A stretch of DNA of 64,000 nt from positions 1,628 to 65,627 of the forward strand of contig JAPPLY010000069.1 of NCBI GenBank assembly GCA_028819305.1, read 5' to 3'. The position numbers were made by a program, and so were the translations under genes. Source of the stretch: Bdellovibrionales bacterium (GTDB taxonomy: Bacteria; Bdellovibrionota; Bdellovibrionia; Bdellovibrionales; UBA1609). A model generated the notes under the pieces. It searched no databases. It worked only from the letters and a program-made list of their open reading frames with translations, and had not been told where the DNA came from. Positions 54,611 through 63,876 of this stretch are shown here, piece by piece (the first letter of the stretch is position 1; each line of letters opens with the position of its first letter).

Positions 54611-55726
54611 TTAAAGAAATTTCTTTTTAAAGTCCAAAAGTGTAGTAAGAGCTTTTGTAGAAGTGCTGTTTAAGCTGTTGAGATGCCCCATTTTTCTACC
54701 AATCCGGGTTTGCATTTTACCATACCAGTGCAGTGTTGTTTCTGCCGGGGGAAGCCATTGACTGGATGTCTTCTGCCCCAGCAGATTTAACATGGCAAAG
54801 CCTCCAGAAAGTTTTTTAGGAGGGGATATGTTCATATTTAAAACCGCTTTAATATGAAGTGTAAATTGGTCTTCACTGAGGGCATCCATAGAGTAATGAC
54901 CGGAATTATGAACCCGTGGAGCTATTTCGTTAACCAATAGCCCTTGTTTTGTTTCAAATAGCTCAAAGGCCATCACACCATCATAAGAGATTTGATTCAG
55001 CATATTTTTTAATTTTTTTACCAAAGAATCTTTTTTTTGATGTCGGCAGGGGCCTTTTACCCAAAGGCAACATGCTTCTTCCTGATAAGTTTCCACTAAG
55101 GGAAGCTCCACAATTTGTTCTTTTCTGTTTCTCACCAGGATAATAGCCAGTTCCTTTTTAAAAGGTATTAATTCTTCTGCAATAAGGTGAGGATTTTTAT
55201 CTATAAACTCCTTGGCTGTATCCTCCTTTGCAATATTTTTTACAATTAAAGTGCCGTAGCCATCATAGCCTTGATGTCTTTTTTTTAAAACAAAACCCTT
55301 TGGAAATAAACTGGTCAGGTCTTTTATTTGTTTAGAAGAATCTATTTCAATAAAACGAGCGGTGGGGATTTTATATTTTTTCAACAGATTTTTTTGATTT
55401 AAACGATCCTGTAAAAGATTCATAATTTTTGGTTGAGGGTGAACAGGTGTGTCACTGGCGATGGAAGCTTCATGCAAAATGGTGGGATCTATAAATTCAT
55501 TTTCAAATACAGCCAAATCCACCTTATTTAAAAAATTTTTTATGTCTCTTTTTGTGTTTGGATTCCCTTGTACAAAATCAGAAGTAACCTGGGCAGCGGG
55601 ATCTTGGGGATGGGAACTAAGAATATAAGGTTTTATGCCCATTTCATGGCATCTTAGGGCCATCATTCGAGCTAATTGCCCTCCTCCTAAAATACCTAAT
55701 CGGACTTTTGAAAGTCGGTTTTTCAT
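54611..55726 (-). CDS. purK: N5-carboxyaminoimidazole ribonucleotide synthase
   Basis: 371 aa. ILGGGQLARM, ATP-grasp body, EIAPRVHNSGH. Confidence 0.9.
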   Translation of the reverse strand: MKNRLSKVRLGILGGGQLARMMALRCHEMGIKPYILSSHPQDPAAQVTSDFVQGNPNTKRDIKNFLNKVDLAVFENEFIDPTILHEASIASDTPVHPQPKIMNLLQDRLNQKNLLKKYKIPTARFIEIDSSKQIKDLTSLFPKGFVLKKRHQGYDGYGTLIVKNIAKEDTAKEFIDKNPHLIAEELIPFKKELAIILVRNRKEQIVELPLVETYQEEACCLWVKGPCRHQKKDSLVKKLKNMLNQISYDGVMAFELFETKQGLLVNEIAPRVHNSGHYSMDALSEDQFTLHIKAVLNMNISPPKKLSGGFAMLNLLGQKTSSQWLPPAETTLHWYGKMQTRIGRKMGHLNSLNSTSTKALTTLLDFKKKFL

Positions 55727-55981
55727 TTAAACCTGTAATAAAGGATCCAGTTTGTTTTGCTTGTCTAGATCCATTAAATCGGAACATCCTCCTATCAGCT
55801 CACCATTGATGAAAATTTGAGGAACTGTTCTCATGCCTGTTTTGCTCATAAGTTCTTGAGTTTCTGTTGGTTTGTTGTCCAATATGATTTCTTCGTATTT
55901 CACTCCTTTTTTATCCAAGAGGTCTTTTGCCATAACACAAGCCGGGCAGGTGGTTTTGGAGTATATTTTCACTTTTGTCAT
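55727..55981 (-). CDS. grxC: glutaredoxin
   Basis: 84 aa. KIYSKTTCPACVMAK, TVPQIFINGELIGGCSDL. Its stop directly abuts the purK start. Confidence 0.88.
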   Translation of the reverse strand: MTKVKIYSKTTCPACVMAKDLLDKKGVKYEEIILDNKPTETQELMSKTGMRTVPQIFINGELIGGCSDLMDLDKQNKLDPLLQV

Positions 55982-56122
55982 ACTTTTCTCCTTTTCATTT
56001 ATCTATAACAATAGAAATTTTATTCGTCTTTTATGGTCAAGTTATGAAAACGGAAAGAGGTCACAACCGCCATCATATATAAATTAAGGTAAAAGGAAGA
56101 TTTCTAAAAAGCAACATTTTTT

Positions 56123-56221
56123 TATACCCAGTGGGCATTATTTTTTCATAACTTCCCGGCCTTTCTCCCTTATTAGACAAGCTTTTAAACCTGAAATTTT
56201 CAAACATAATCGGGTTATATA
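56123..56221. mobile_element. T1 MITE-like element, core form (99 bp)
   Basis: TATACCCAGTGGGCATTATTTTTTCATAACTTCCCGGCC...GCTTTTAAACCTGAAATTTTCAAACATAATCGGGTTATATA. Ends 2 bp from the permease stop. Confidence 0.85.
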
Positions 56222-56223
56222 TT

Positions 56224-58071
56224 TTAGTGAATGGTAGTGATAGGCATTTCAATTTCACTGGCAATATACTTTCGTATTTCATAAGAATGATCAGGGTCTC
56301 TTCCAATGCCAAAATAAATAGCTTTAGGGGTTACGGATTCTTTTAATGTTCTAAGTCCTTCTAATAAATTTCCTGGCAGAATTTTAACTGTTAAAATAAT
56401 ATCTTTGTTTTTGTAAATGGGGGCAATTTGTTGTGATACCACTCTTTGTAGCACTTCGTAAAATCCGTGATTAGAAGCAGATTCTTCTTCTTCCGCATAA
56501 AATAAAATCAGCTCAAAAGGCCCTGGGTTTTTTTCAGATATAAAGTTTAATGCTTTAGAAATGAGACGCCGTAGCCGATGCTCTCCAATACATAAAACAT
56601 GTTGTGGCAGATTTTCAGGGAGTTCATCTACATTATGAAGAAAGTGCCCCAACCCTAAACGCAGGTCCGTGTGTGTTTCCAGACGATTTTCCAATATACC
56701 CCAACGATAGTAAGCCATAAGGACAACTGTAATTCCTATAAGAAAAGTCAGCATAAACAGCACATCCGAGTTGGCATGGGTGACTAATAAAAAAATGGCA
56801 AAACTGAGGATTAAACTTGTTAATAAAGGATAGAGGGGAATTTTTATTCCATTATTAAACTTAATAAGAGTTTGGGAAAGATATTGTGTTGGGGTGGATT
56901 TTCTAAAACCTTTGTTTCTCATTAAAATAGCACCTACGGCAAAGCTGACCATAACACCTAAAAAAGCTACTTCATATACTTTAGCGGCAATATCCACCTC
57001 TCCCGCTACCATAGACGACATAAACATAACAATAGCCATGAAGCTTAAGGAAATGACAGGGTATCCTTCCAATGATGGGATAATATGGGATAGTCTTTTT
57101 AAACAAATTTGAGGTAAGTTTCCATTTTTGGCCATAGTAGTAGCCAGTCCAATAAAACCAATAAAAGCGGTATTGGTGGCGGCAAACAAAGTAAGAGTGG
57201 CATCTATTACAATGATAGTAAGTAAAAATCGTCCTCCTATTTTTTCCGAGAGGCCGGATAAGAGGTGATGAATATGGCTATCCACTTCTTCCGGTGTCAG
57301 AATAGTCAAGCACATGATAGAGATAACAGGTGCTGTTATAGAAACCATAACAATAACAACTTTATATAGTTTTCGAACGGTGAGTAATGTAGGTTGTTCT
57401 AATGTTTCTACAATTTGAGCCGCGGACTCAAAACCAGTAATACCTAAAAAAGCGGCCGCAAATCCATAAGCTAAAGTGGCTCCTGTTAGAGTTTGAGGGT
57501 AGGCGGAAAAGTCACCGAATTTAGAAAAATCAATTTCTGAAAAATGGAACAGGATATAACCTAAGCCCCAAATGGAGATAAGAATCAAAAGCCCAAAATG
57601 GCATATAGCAATGCCAGTTACTATTTTTGCCGGTTCTTTTATCCCTTTAATGTTTAAGAGGCTAAACAAAATCACAGGTATAAATGAGATGGTAACCACA
57701 GTGGATTGATCCAGCCCCCCCTCAAAAAGAGAGGATAGATAAAATGCGCCAGAAAGGGAGCTGACAGCAGCGGTGGCTAAATAAGATACAAAAGTAAGAG
57801 CACCGGCAAAAACGGCAGCCTGCTTACCCACACTTCTTAAAATCATAGAGTAAGCTCCTCCATTATAAGGGCTCATAGCCAAACCTTCTTCATAAGTGCG
57901 TTTGAATATCCACATAGCCAGACAGGCTGTGAGCACAAACAGAGGAGCGAAATAGCCAACTATGGGGTATAAGATTCCTGTGCCGTAAAATACGGAGGTG
58001 CCAATATCAGCGCCCACGACTCCTGCAGCAATTAACCAATTTAATTCAGATTTTTGTTTATCCGGTTCCAA
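56224..58071 (-). CDS. APC-superfamily amino acid/polyamine permease with cytoplasmic C-terminal domain
   Basis: 615 aa, TTG start. About 12 TM segments, then a soluble tail of about 160 aa. Confidence 0.6.
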   Translation of the reverse strand: MEPDKQKSELNWLIAAGVVGADIGTSVFYGTGILYPIVGYFAPLFVLTACLAMWIFKRTYEEGLAMSPYNGGAYSMILRSVGKQAAVFAGALTFVSYLATAAVSSLSGAFYLSSLFEGGLDQSTVVTISFIPVILFSLLNIKGIKEPAKIVTGIAICHFGLLILISIWGLGYILFHFSEIDFSKFGDFSAYPQTLTGATLAYGFAAAFLGITGFESAAQIVETLEQPTLLTVRKLYKVVIVMVSITAPVISIMCLTILTPEEVDSHIHHLLSGLSEKIGGRFLLTIIVIDATLTLFAATNTAFIGFIGLATTMAKNGNLPQICLKRLSHIIPSLEGYPVISLSFMAIVMFMSSMVAGEVDIAAKVYEVAFLGVMVSFAVGAILMRNKGFRKSTPTQYLSQTLIKFNNGIKIPLYPLLTSLILSFAIFLLVTHANSDVLFMLTFLIGITVVLMAYYRWGILENRLETHTDLRLGLGHFLHNVDELPENLPQHVLCIGEHRLRRLISKALNFISEKNPGPFELILFYAEEEESASNHGFYEVLQRVVSQQIAPIYKNKDIILTVKILPGNLLEGLRTLKESVTPKAIYFGIGRDPDHSYEIRKYIASEIEMPITTIH

Positions 58072-58098
58072 ATGTTCCCGCCTCTGTAGTTGAGGTTA

Positions 58099-58290
58099 AT
58101 GTTCCCCGTTTTTTATATCCAATGGATATGATACCTGTTTCCACGGGGACAAGCTTTATCGTCACTTTCCGATCTTTTACCCCAGGTTAGCCAAGCCTTT
58201 AAGCTTGAAATTTTCCCATTCCTCGGAAGCGGAAAGCCACTTTGATGGCTTTCCGCTTCGCGAAAGTGGGGAGCGGGGAACGATCGGTAT
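58099..58290. mobile_element. stacked T1-type elements and hairpin modules
   Basis: GTTCCCCGT...ACGGGGAC. GCCTTTAAGCTTGAAATTTTCCC. GGAAAGCCACTTTGATGGCTTTCC. CGCGAAAGTGGGGAGCGGGGAACGATCGGTAT. Confidence 0.75.
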
Positions 58291-58330
58291 CACTCTAAAA
58301 ATAAATTTTGTTGAGTCTAAAAAAAACCTT

Positions 58331-58813
58331 TTAGCTTCCTTTTTTGTTCGATAGTTTTAATATATGCATATATTCCCTTTTAGTAACAGGCATAACAGAC
58401 AGCCGCTGGCCTTTTTTTAGTAATAGCATTTTGGAAAGGGCTTTTTCCCGCCTCAATTCCTCAATAGGTATGAATTTTTTAAAAATGGACTTGAATTTTA
58501 CCTCCACGCAAAACCACCTGGGATTCCCCTTTGTAGAGCTGGGGTCATAGTACTTTGACTTTGGATCAAAGGCTGTTGGATCGGGTTGGGCTGACTTAGA
58601 AACACAGGCGAGACCAGCCATTCCAGGAGGTTTGGAATTGGAGTGGTAAAATAGCACCTCATCTCCTACTTGCATATCCTTTATCATAAAATTGCGGGCC
58701 TGGTAATTTCTCACTCCATCCCATAGGTCTTTTCCTGATTTTTTTAAATCCTGGATGGAGTAAGTACTCGGTTCCGATTTCATAAGCCAATATTTTTTTG
58801 TTTGTTGTTTCAT
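58331..58813 (-). CDS. EVE (PUA-like) domain protein
   Basis: 160 aa. YWLMKSEPSTYSI..L....LWDGVRNYQARNFM..M..GD.VLFYHSN. Confidence 0.8.
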   Translation of the reverse strand: MKQQTKKYWLMKSEPSTYSIQDLKKSGKDLWDGVRNYQARNFMIKDMQVGDEVLFYHSNSKPPGMAGLACVSKSAQPDPTAFDPKSKYYDPSSTKGNPRWFCVEVKFKSIFKKFIPIEELRREKALSKMLLLKKGQRLSVMPVTKREYMHILKLSNKKGS

Positions 58814-58821
58814 TAGCGATA

Positions 58822-58924
58822 CTCTTCCGTTTAGTTTGAAATATGGGAAGAAGCCTCTTTAGAATAGTCGCTTTGTGTCAAAACGCATATCTAAACCTTT
58901 TGTTTCTTATTCGCCCTGGAAGAG
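58822..58924. mobile_element. T3 element, copy c (one arm degenerate)
   Basis: Terminal CTCTTCC / GGAAGAG. GTCGCTTTGTGTCAAAACGCATATCTAAACCTTTTGTTTCTTATTC aligns with 1885-1935. Lies 9 bp upstream of the EVE start. Confidence 0.65.
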
Positions 58925-58961
58925 ACTCATAACTTTATTCATATAAAAAATACAAAATTCT

Positions 58962-59022
58962 GTTCCTCGCGAAGTTTGTCCCCGCAAAAGCGAGGAGTGG
59001 GGATCACACCCGATCGGTATAT
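58962..59022. repeat. T1 right-half
   Basis: GTTCCTCGCGAAGTTTGTCCCCGCAAAAGCGAGGAGTGGGGATCACACCCGATCGGTATATA. Confidence 0.7.
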
Positions 59023-59106
59023 ATAAATATATTTCCTATGACTGACAACTAGAATCTGAAAAATCAAGCCATGAATACAGAATGTACTTTTATGAAGTCA
59101 TAGTAT

Positions 59107-59169
59107 GGCTATTTTGTCCTGAAAGTCAAAATAGACTTGACTATTTTGTAGTATAGTCTAAAATAGACA
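59107..59169. promoter_or_regulatory. array of four alternating 8-mers (CTATTTTG / CAAAATAG) directly upstream of the ATPase gene; candidate operator
   Basis: GCTATTTTGTC (59108), GTCAAAATAGAC (59125), GACTATTTTGTAG (59139), GTCTAAAATAGAC (59157). The last one ends 1 nt before the ATG. Confidence 0.35.
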
Positions 59170-59170
59170 G

Positions 59171-60319
59171 ATGAAACGTTTTATTAAAGAAGATCTGATT
59201 AAAGACCTGTCTAAAAAAATGGTATTTCTAGGAGGGCCGAGGCAAGTTGGAAAGACGACTTTAGCTAAGCAGATTTTAAAAAGCTTTCCATATAAAAAGG
59301 CAAAGTTGGGGTTGTATCTCAATTGGGATTTTGATGAAGATAGGTACAGAATAAGGGAAAAGAGATGGGATGAGGATCATCAGTTAATAGTATTTGATGA
59401 GCTTCATAAATACCGCCGTTGGAAAAATTGGATAAAAGGCGTATATGACAAATTCCATCATCAACATAAGTTTCTTATAACAGGAAGCGCGCGTATGGAT
59501 GTATATAGGCGAGGAGGAGATTCTTTATTAGGTCGTTATCACTATTGGAGACTACATCCTTTCACTTTAGATGAATTGCCTCCTAGTATGTCCATTCAGG
59601 AAGGTTTTAAGAGACTTATGACAGTAGGTGGGTTCCCGGAGCCGTTTTTAGATGGTGGTGAGTCATCCGCCAGAAGATGGCGTCGGGAACGTTTTGATAG
59701 AGTGTTAAAAGAAGATGTTCGAGATTTAGAATATATTAAAATGATACAGGATCTTGGATTATTTGTAGATATCTTACGTAGGAGGTGTGGTCAGTTGATC
59801 GTGCTTTCAAATGTGGCCCGGGAAATACAGGTATCCCCTAAGACAGCTAAATTATGGTTGGAGGTTCTTAATAGGATGTATATTTGTTTTTCTGTTTGGC
59901 CCTATACAAAGCGGCTACCACGGGCGGTGCAAAAACCTCCTAAGGTTTATTTTTTTGATAATGCGGATATTATTTCTGAAAGTGATGAAGGCCCGCGTTT
60001 TGAAAATTTTGTAGCTACTCATCTTCTTAAAAAGATTCATTACTTAGAGGATAGTACAGGACTCCCATTTGAGTTGAAATATATTAGAGATAAAGAATCC
60101 CGTGAAGTGGATTTTATTATATTAAAAGGAAGTAAGATATTTGCCTTAATAGAGGTGAAGCTGTCTGATGATAAAATTTCTAGGTCCCTTCAATATTATT
60201 CAGAAAAACTTAAGCCAAAGCATTCTCTTCAAATAGTGGCGCATTTAAAACAGGAATATAAAAAAAACAATTGTAGAGTAGTAGCACCTCAAACGGCTTT
60301 GAATATATTATTTCGTTAA
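59171..60319 (+). CDS. AAA-type ATPase with DUF4143-like C-terminal domain
   Basis: 382 aa. Walker A GPRQVGKTT, Walker B LIVFDELH. Architecture typical of AAA_14 plus DUF4143. Confidence 0.75.
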   Translation: MKRFIKEDLIKDLSKKMVFLGGPRQVGKTTLAKQILKSFPYKKAKLGLYLNWDFDEDRYRIREKRWDEDHQLIVFDELHKYRRWKNWIKGVYDKFHHQHKFLITGSARMDVYRRGGDSLLGRYHYWRLHPFTLDELPPSMSIQEGFKRLMTVGGFPEPFLDGGESSARRWRRERFDRVLKEDVRDLEYIKMIQDLGLFVDILRRRCGQLIVLSNVAREIQVSPKTAKLWLEVLNRMYICFSVWPYTKRLPRAVQKPPKVYFFDNADIISESDEGPRFENFVATHLLKKIHYLEDSTGLPFELKYIRDKESREVDFIILKGSKIFALIEVKLSDDKISRSLQYYSEKLKPKHSLQIVAHLKQEYKKNNCRVVAPQTALNILFR

Positions 60320-60360
60320 AGCTCTTGCCTAGGGTAAAAATCTAGTGGATATTAGGGATT

Positions 60361-61767
60361 ATGTCTTTTCGTGAAGAATCCGACAGCTTAGGTGTAGTGC
60401 GTATTCCGAAAAATCGTTTATGGGGAGCGCAGACTCAACGATCCCTGGAAAATTTCCGTATTGGTGGTTTATCGGAAAGAATGCCGATAGAGCTTATACA
60501 CACTTTAGCTTTGGTTAAAAAATGTGCAGCTAGAGCTAACCAGGAACTTTCTCTTCTGGACGGTGAAAAGGCAGACGCTATTATTCAGTCTGCTGAGGAG
60601 GTGAGGCAGGGGCAGTGGGATGATCATTTTCCTCTGGTGGTTTGGCAAACGGGAAGCGGTACTCAAACTAATATGAATGTCAATGAGGTTATTGCTAATA
60701 GAGCCATTCAGATTTTAGGGGGTCGGTTTGGGGATAAAAGTGTTCACCCTAATGATGATGTGAACAAATGTCAATCCTCTAACGATGTGTTTCCCGCAGC
60801 CATGAATATTGTATCTGTAGATCAAGTAAGTGGCATCCTATTAAAAAAACTGAAATCTTTAGAGAAGAGTTTAAATGTCAAAGCGAAGGAGTTTGAAAAA
60901 ATAATAAAAGTGGGTAGAACTCATCTTATGGATGCTACCCCTCTTAGCTTGGGACAGGAGTTTTCCGGCTATGCGGGTCAAATGGCGAGTCATCAAGATA
61001 GGCTCAAAGGGTGTCTGGTTCGCCTGTATTCTTTAGGTTTAGGAGGGACGGCTGTGGGTACAGGCTTAAACGCTCATCCTGATTTCGCTAAACGTGCTAT
61101 TGCTTTTATTGCTGAAGAGACGGGTTATCCTTTTTTACCGGTACAAAATCTATTTACTTCCAGCTCCGCTCATGATGATTTAGTAGAATTAAGTGGTTTT
61201 TTAAAGACTCTGGCTTGTGGTTTGATGAAACTAGGCAATGATATTCGCCTTATGGCCAGCGGCCCCAGGGCTGGTTTTAATGAAATTTTTATTCCCGCTA
61301 ATGAACCGGGTAGTTCTATTATGCCAGGAAAAGTCAATCCTACACAAAGCGAGGCTTTAACGATGGTTTGTGCTGAAGTGATAGGTTGTGATGCGGCTGT
61401 ATCTATAGGAGGAGCGAGTGGGCATTTTGAATTAAATGTTTTTAAACCCCTGATTATTTTTAACATATTAAGGTCTATTCAATTGCTGGCTTCAGCTAGT
61501 GAAAGCTTTCAAAAAAATTGCGTAGATGGTATAAAAGCAAACGAACAGCAGTTAAAACAAAACCTGGATCGTTCCCTTATGCTGGTAACCGCTCTGAATC
61601 CTCATATCGGATATGATAAAGCGGCTCAGATTGCTAAAGCTGCGTATCAGAATGGTTCTACATTAAAGGAGGAGGCTTTACGGTTGGGTTATGTTACGGC
61701 TGAGGAGTTTGATCGTATTATCCGGCCAAGAGATATGTTAGGCCCTAAGAATAAAATAACAGGTTAG
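60361..61767 (+). CDS. fumC: class II fumarate hydratase
   Basis: 468 aa. GSSIMPGKVNPTQSEAL signature and the WQTGSGTQTNMN motif. Confidence 0.95.
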   Translation: MSFREESDSLGVVRIPKNRLWGAQTQRSLENFRIGGLSERMPIELIHTLALVKKCAARANQELSLLDGEKADAIIQSAEEVRQGQWDDHFPLVVWQTGSGTQTNMNVNEVIANRAIQILGGRFGDKSVHPNDDVNKCQSSNDVFPAAMNIVSVDQVSGILLKKLKSLEKSLNVKAKEFEKIIKVGRTHLMDATPLSLGQEFSGYAGQMASHQDRLKGCLVRLYSLGLGGTAVGTGLNAHPDFAKRAIAFIAEETGYPFLPVQNLFTSSSAHDDLVELSGFLKTLACGLMKLGNDIRLMASGPRAGFNEIFIPANEPGSSIMPGKVNPTQSEALTMVCAEVIGCDAAVSIGGASGHFELNVFKPLIIFNILRSIQLLASASESFQKNCVDGIKANEQQLKQNLDRSLMLVTALNPHIGYDKAAQIAKAAYQNGSTLKEEALRLGYVTAEEFDRIIRPRDMLGPKNKITG

Positions 61768-61835
61768 ACTTCATTTTGAACTACTGAAAAATACTCGCTA
61801 AAGAAAAAAACCTCTCTCTACAGGAAGTTTTTTCT

Positions 61836-61972
61836 TATACCGATCGGGTTTGAAAATCGCGCTTTATTTGTTTTGTCTTCTTCCAGAAGACAAAACTCCC
61901 ACGAAGCCTGCCCTCGCGAAAGCAGGGGCGGGAATCCAGCCTAATCCTCCATTTTCAAACCAGAGGGGTATA
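61836..61972. mobile_element. T1 MITE-like element (137 bp)
   Basis: TATACCGATCGGGTTTGAAAATCGCGC...GTCTTCTTCCAGAAGAC...CCCTCGCGAAAGCAGGGG...ATTTTCAAACCAGAGGGGTATA. Confidence 0.8.
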
Positions 61973-61979
61973 AGTCCGA

Positions 61980-62252
61980 TTAATTCTGTTGGTTTAATTG
62001 CTGTTGGCACTCTTTCAAAGCAGTGCTTTGCTGGTACTCATTACGAAGGGCACTCCCCATATTGTCTAGGTCTGCCCGGTTCAATGTTTCTCTTATTGCT
62101 CCTATTTCTCTTACTAATTTGTCTAATGATATAATCGCGCTATTTAATTTGTTTCTCGTTGCCATTATATCGTTTCCTAAATCACTCTGCCCATAAGTTA
62201 AAGAAGGGTTAATTAGTAAAATAAGACCTGTAATCAATAATATTTTTTTCAT
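61980..62252 (-). CDS. small secreted coiled-coil protein, hypothetical
   Basis: 90 aa. SD AAGGAG. Signal peptide MKKILLITGLILLINPSLTYG. Confidence 0.55.
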   Translation of the reverse strand: MKKILLITGLILLINPSLTYGQSDLGNDIMATRNKLNSAIISLDKLVREIGAIRETLNRADLDNMGSALRNEYQQSTALKECQQQLNQQN

Positions 62253-62382
62253 ATTTCATCTCCTTGGTTATTAACCAAACAATTGGATTAGGGAACAAAA
62301 AACATAAGAAAAAAAATTAGAAAGTAAAAAAGGAGTTTGATAAAATAGTAATTTTATTTAATTTTGTATAGAATTTAGTTGG

Positions 62383-63180
62383 TTGTCTTACTTTTGCCTG
62401 TCGCGGCCCTCGGGAGGGATTAAACAAATCTTGACAATTGTTGAGTTATCTCTTTTTCTTCTGGGTGTTTCTATAGGTCTTTCTTCCTCTTTTCTAGGGG
62501 TGGGAGGGGGATTGATTATGGTGCCTTTGTTACCCTTGTTTCTGCCGTTAAGTGCTGTGGAAACGGTGGCTACCTCTTTGTTTGTAGTCATGGTTACTGT
62601 GTTTGTAAATAGCCTTTCTTTTGTAAGAAAGGGTCTCGTGGATTGGTCGTATTTTTTTTACATTGGTTTTGGATCTGTCAGTTGGGCTGTTCTTTTATCT
62701 TATATTAGTGTGCAGGGAATGGATGTTATTTTCCGACTGGGCTTGGTTTTAGCCTTGCTCTTCATTTTATTAAATCCTCTTTCTTACTTTAATTTTAAGC
62801 CTAGTAGAGTGAAGAGCTTTTTTCTGGGAAGCTGTGGTGGCTTTTTAACTGGTATTTCCGGAATGGGGAGTTCTATTTTCAGCCCCATCTTCTTTGAGTT
62901 TAAATGGTTGGAGAAAAAGCAGATTGTGCCGACGGTTAATGCGGTTATGTTTGTGACTACTATAAGCGTATTGACTATCTTGTTTTTAGGACATCCAAAA
63001 CACTTCGGTCTTGTACATTTATATGCGTCTCTATTTATTTTAGCCGGAGCATTCTTAAGTTCTTTTGTCGGACGATGCTTAAATCTGGGGCCTTATGAAA
63101 AATACCGCCGAGTTTTATTAAAAGTGCTTGTTTTATGTCTTCTTATAAAAGTTCTCTTTGAGTTGGTTTTTAAGATTTGA
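62383..63180 (+). CDS. TauE/SafE-family anion exporter (DUF81)
   Basis: 265 aa, polytopic. FLGVGGGLIMVPLL. TTG start is uncertain. Confidence 0.65.
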   Translation: MSYFCLSRPSGGIKQILTIVELSLFLLGVSIGLSSSFLGVGGGLIMVPLLPLFLPLSAVETVATSLFVVMVTVFVNSLSFVRKGLVDWSYFFYIGFGSVSWAVLLSYISVQGMDVIFRLGLVLALLFILLNPLSYFNFKPSRVKSFFLGSCGGFLTGISGMGSSIFSPIFFEFKWLEKKQIVPTVNAVMFVTTISVLTILFLGHPKHFGLVHLYASLFILAGAFLSSFVGRCLNLGPYEKYRRVLLKVLVLCLLIKVLFELVFKI

Positions 63181-63183
63181 ATT

Positions 63184-63335
63184 GTTTGTACTGATCTGAT
63201 TTAAAAAATCCGATAAGGAACTTGCTTAGAATTGAGAACACATATTCTTGCGCAGGCAGGGATCGAACCTTTTTTGTCTTTTTAATCAACATCAGATACT
63301 CATGTTCTCGCACAGACAGAGATCGAACCCTTCGG
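63184..63335. repeat. degenerate T1-like element containing two direct repeats of about 32 bp
   Basis: Starts TGTACTGATCTGATTT. Contains CTTGCGCAGGCAGGGATCGAACC and CTCGCACAGACAGAGATCGAACCCTTCGGTAT. Confidence 0.5.
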
Positions 63336-63561
63336 TATTCAGGTTCTATGCGCGCATATACGGTGATTTAGTATATCTATGCGCTTTTAAGTCGTTGATA
63401 GGCAATTAAACGTCAATTCAGTTGTTCGGTGTGTGTATAAAGGCGTGCTGGACTTAGGTTTTGTGTAGTTTTTTGAAGTAGAAGAGGGATACAATAAAAA
63501 ACAAAACTAAGAATCAGAGGTGCCTTAGGCTCTTCCTCATTAGAATATATTGTGGTAGGTA

Positions 63562-63876
63562 GTGGATATGAGTGTAGAACAACAAATTCGAGATAAGTTG
63601 ACTTCTCATTTGCAAATAGAACTGTTGGAAGTTGTGAATGAAAGCCCCTATCATCAGGTGCCAGAAGGGGCTGAAACTCACTTTCGAGTATTAATAGTTT
63701 CAAAGGATTTTAAGGACTTAAGCACTGTTAAGCGTCATCAGAAAGTATATCAGATTTTAAAAGAAGAGTTACATGGTCCTGTTCATGCTTTTTCTCAAAA
63801 GACTCTTACCCCGGAGGAATGGAAAAATATCAGTTTCCCTATCCCATCCTCGCCGCCTTGTCAGAAGAAAAGTTAA
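63562..63876 (+). CDS. bolA: BolA-family protein
   Basis: 104 aa. HFRVLIVSKDFKDLSTVKRHQKVYQILKEEL.GPVHAFSQKTLTPEEW. Confidence 0.8.
   Translation: MDMSVEQQIRDKLTSHLQIELLEVVNESPYHQVPEGAETHFRVLIVSKDFKDLSTVKRHQKVYQILKEELHGPVHAFSQKTLTPEEWKNISFPIPSSPPCQKKS

Noticed and set aside
55982-56122. A possible purine or ZTP-type riboswitch upstream of the grx-purK-purE operon.
   Set aside because: Reading the minus strand, I could not find the conserved purine-riboswitch loops or a consistent P1 helix.
61850-62134. A 94-aa ORF from the ORF track.
   Set aside because: It starts inside the T1 element 61836-61972 and runs antisense to the better-supported small secreted protein gene 61980..62252.
63246-63335. 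Two tRNA 3-prime-end-like strings (reverse complements GGTTCGATCCCTGCCTGCGCAAG and GGGTTCGATCTCTGTCTGTGCGAG), suggesting tRNA genes or att-site remnants.
   Set aside because: Neither can be folded into a T-arm because the 5-prime stem halves are missing, and no D or anticodon arms lie upstream. The strings align better as variants of the T1 module CTCGC-loop-GCGGGGAACGA(T/C)CGGTAT.
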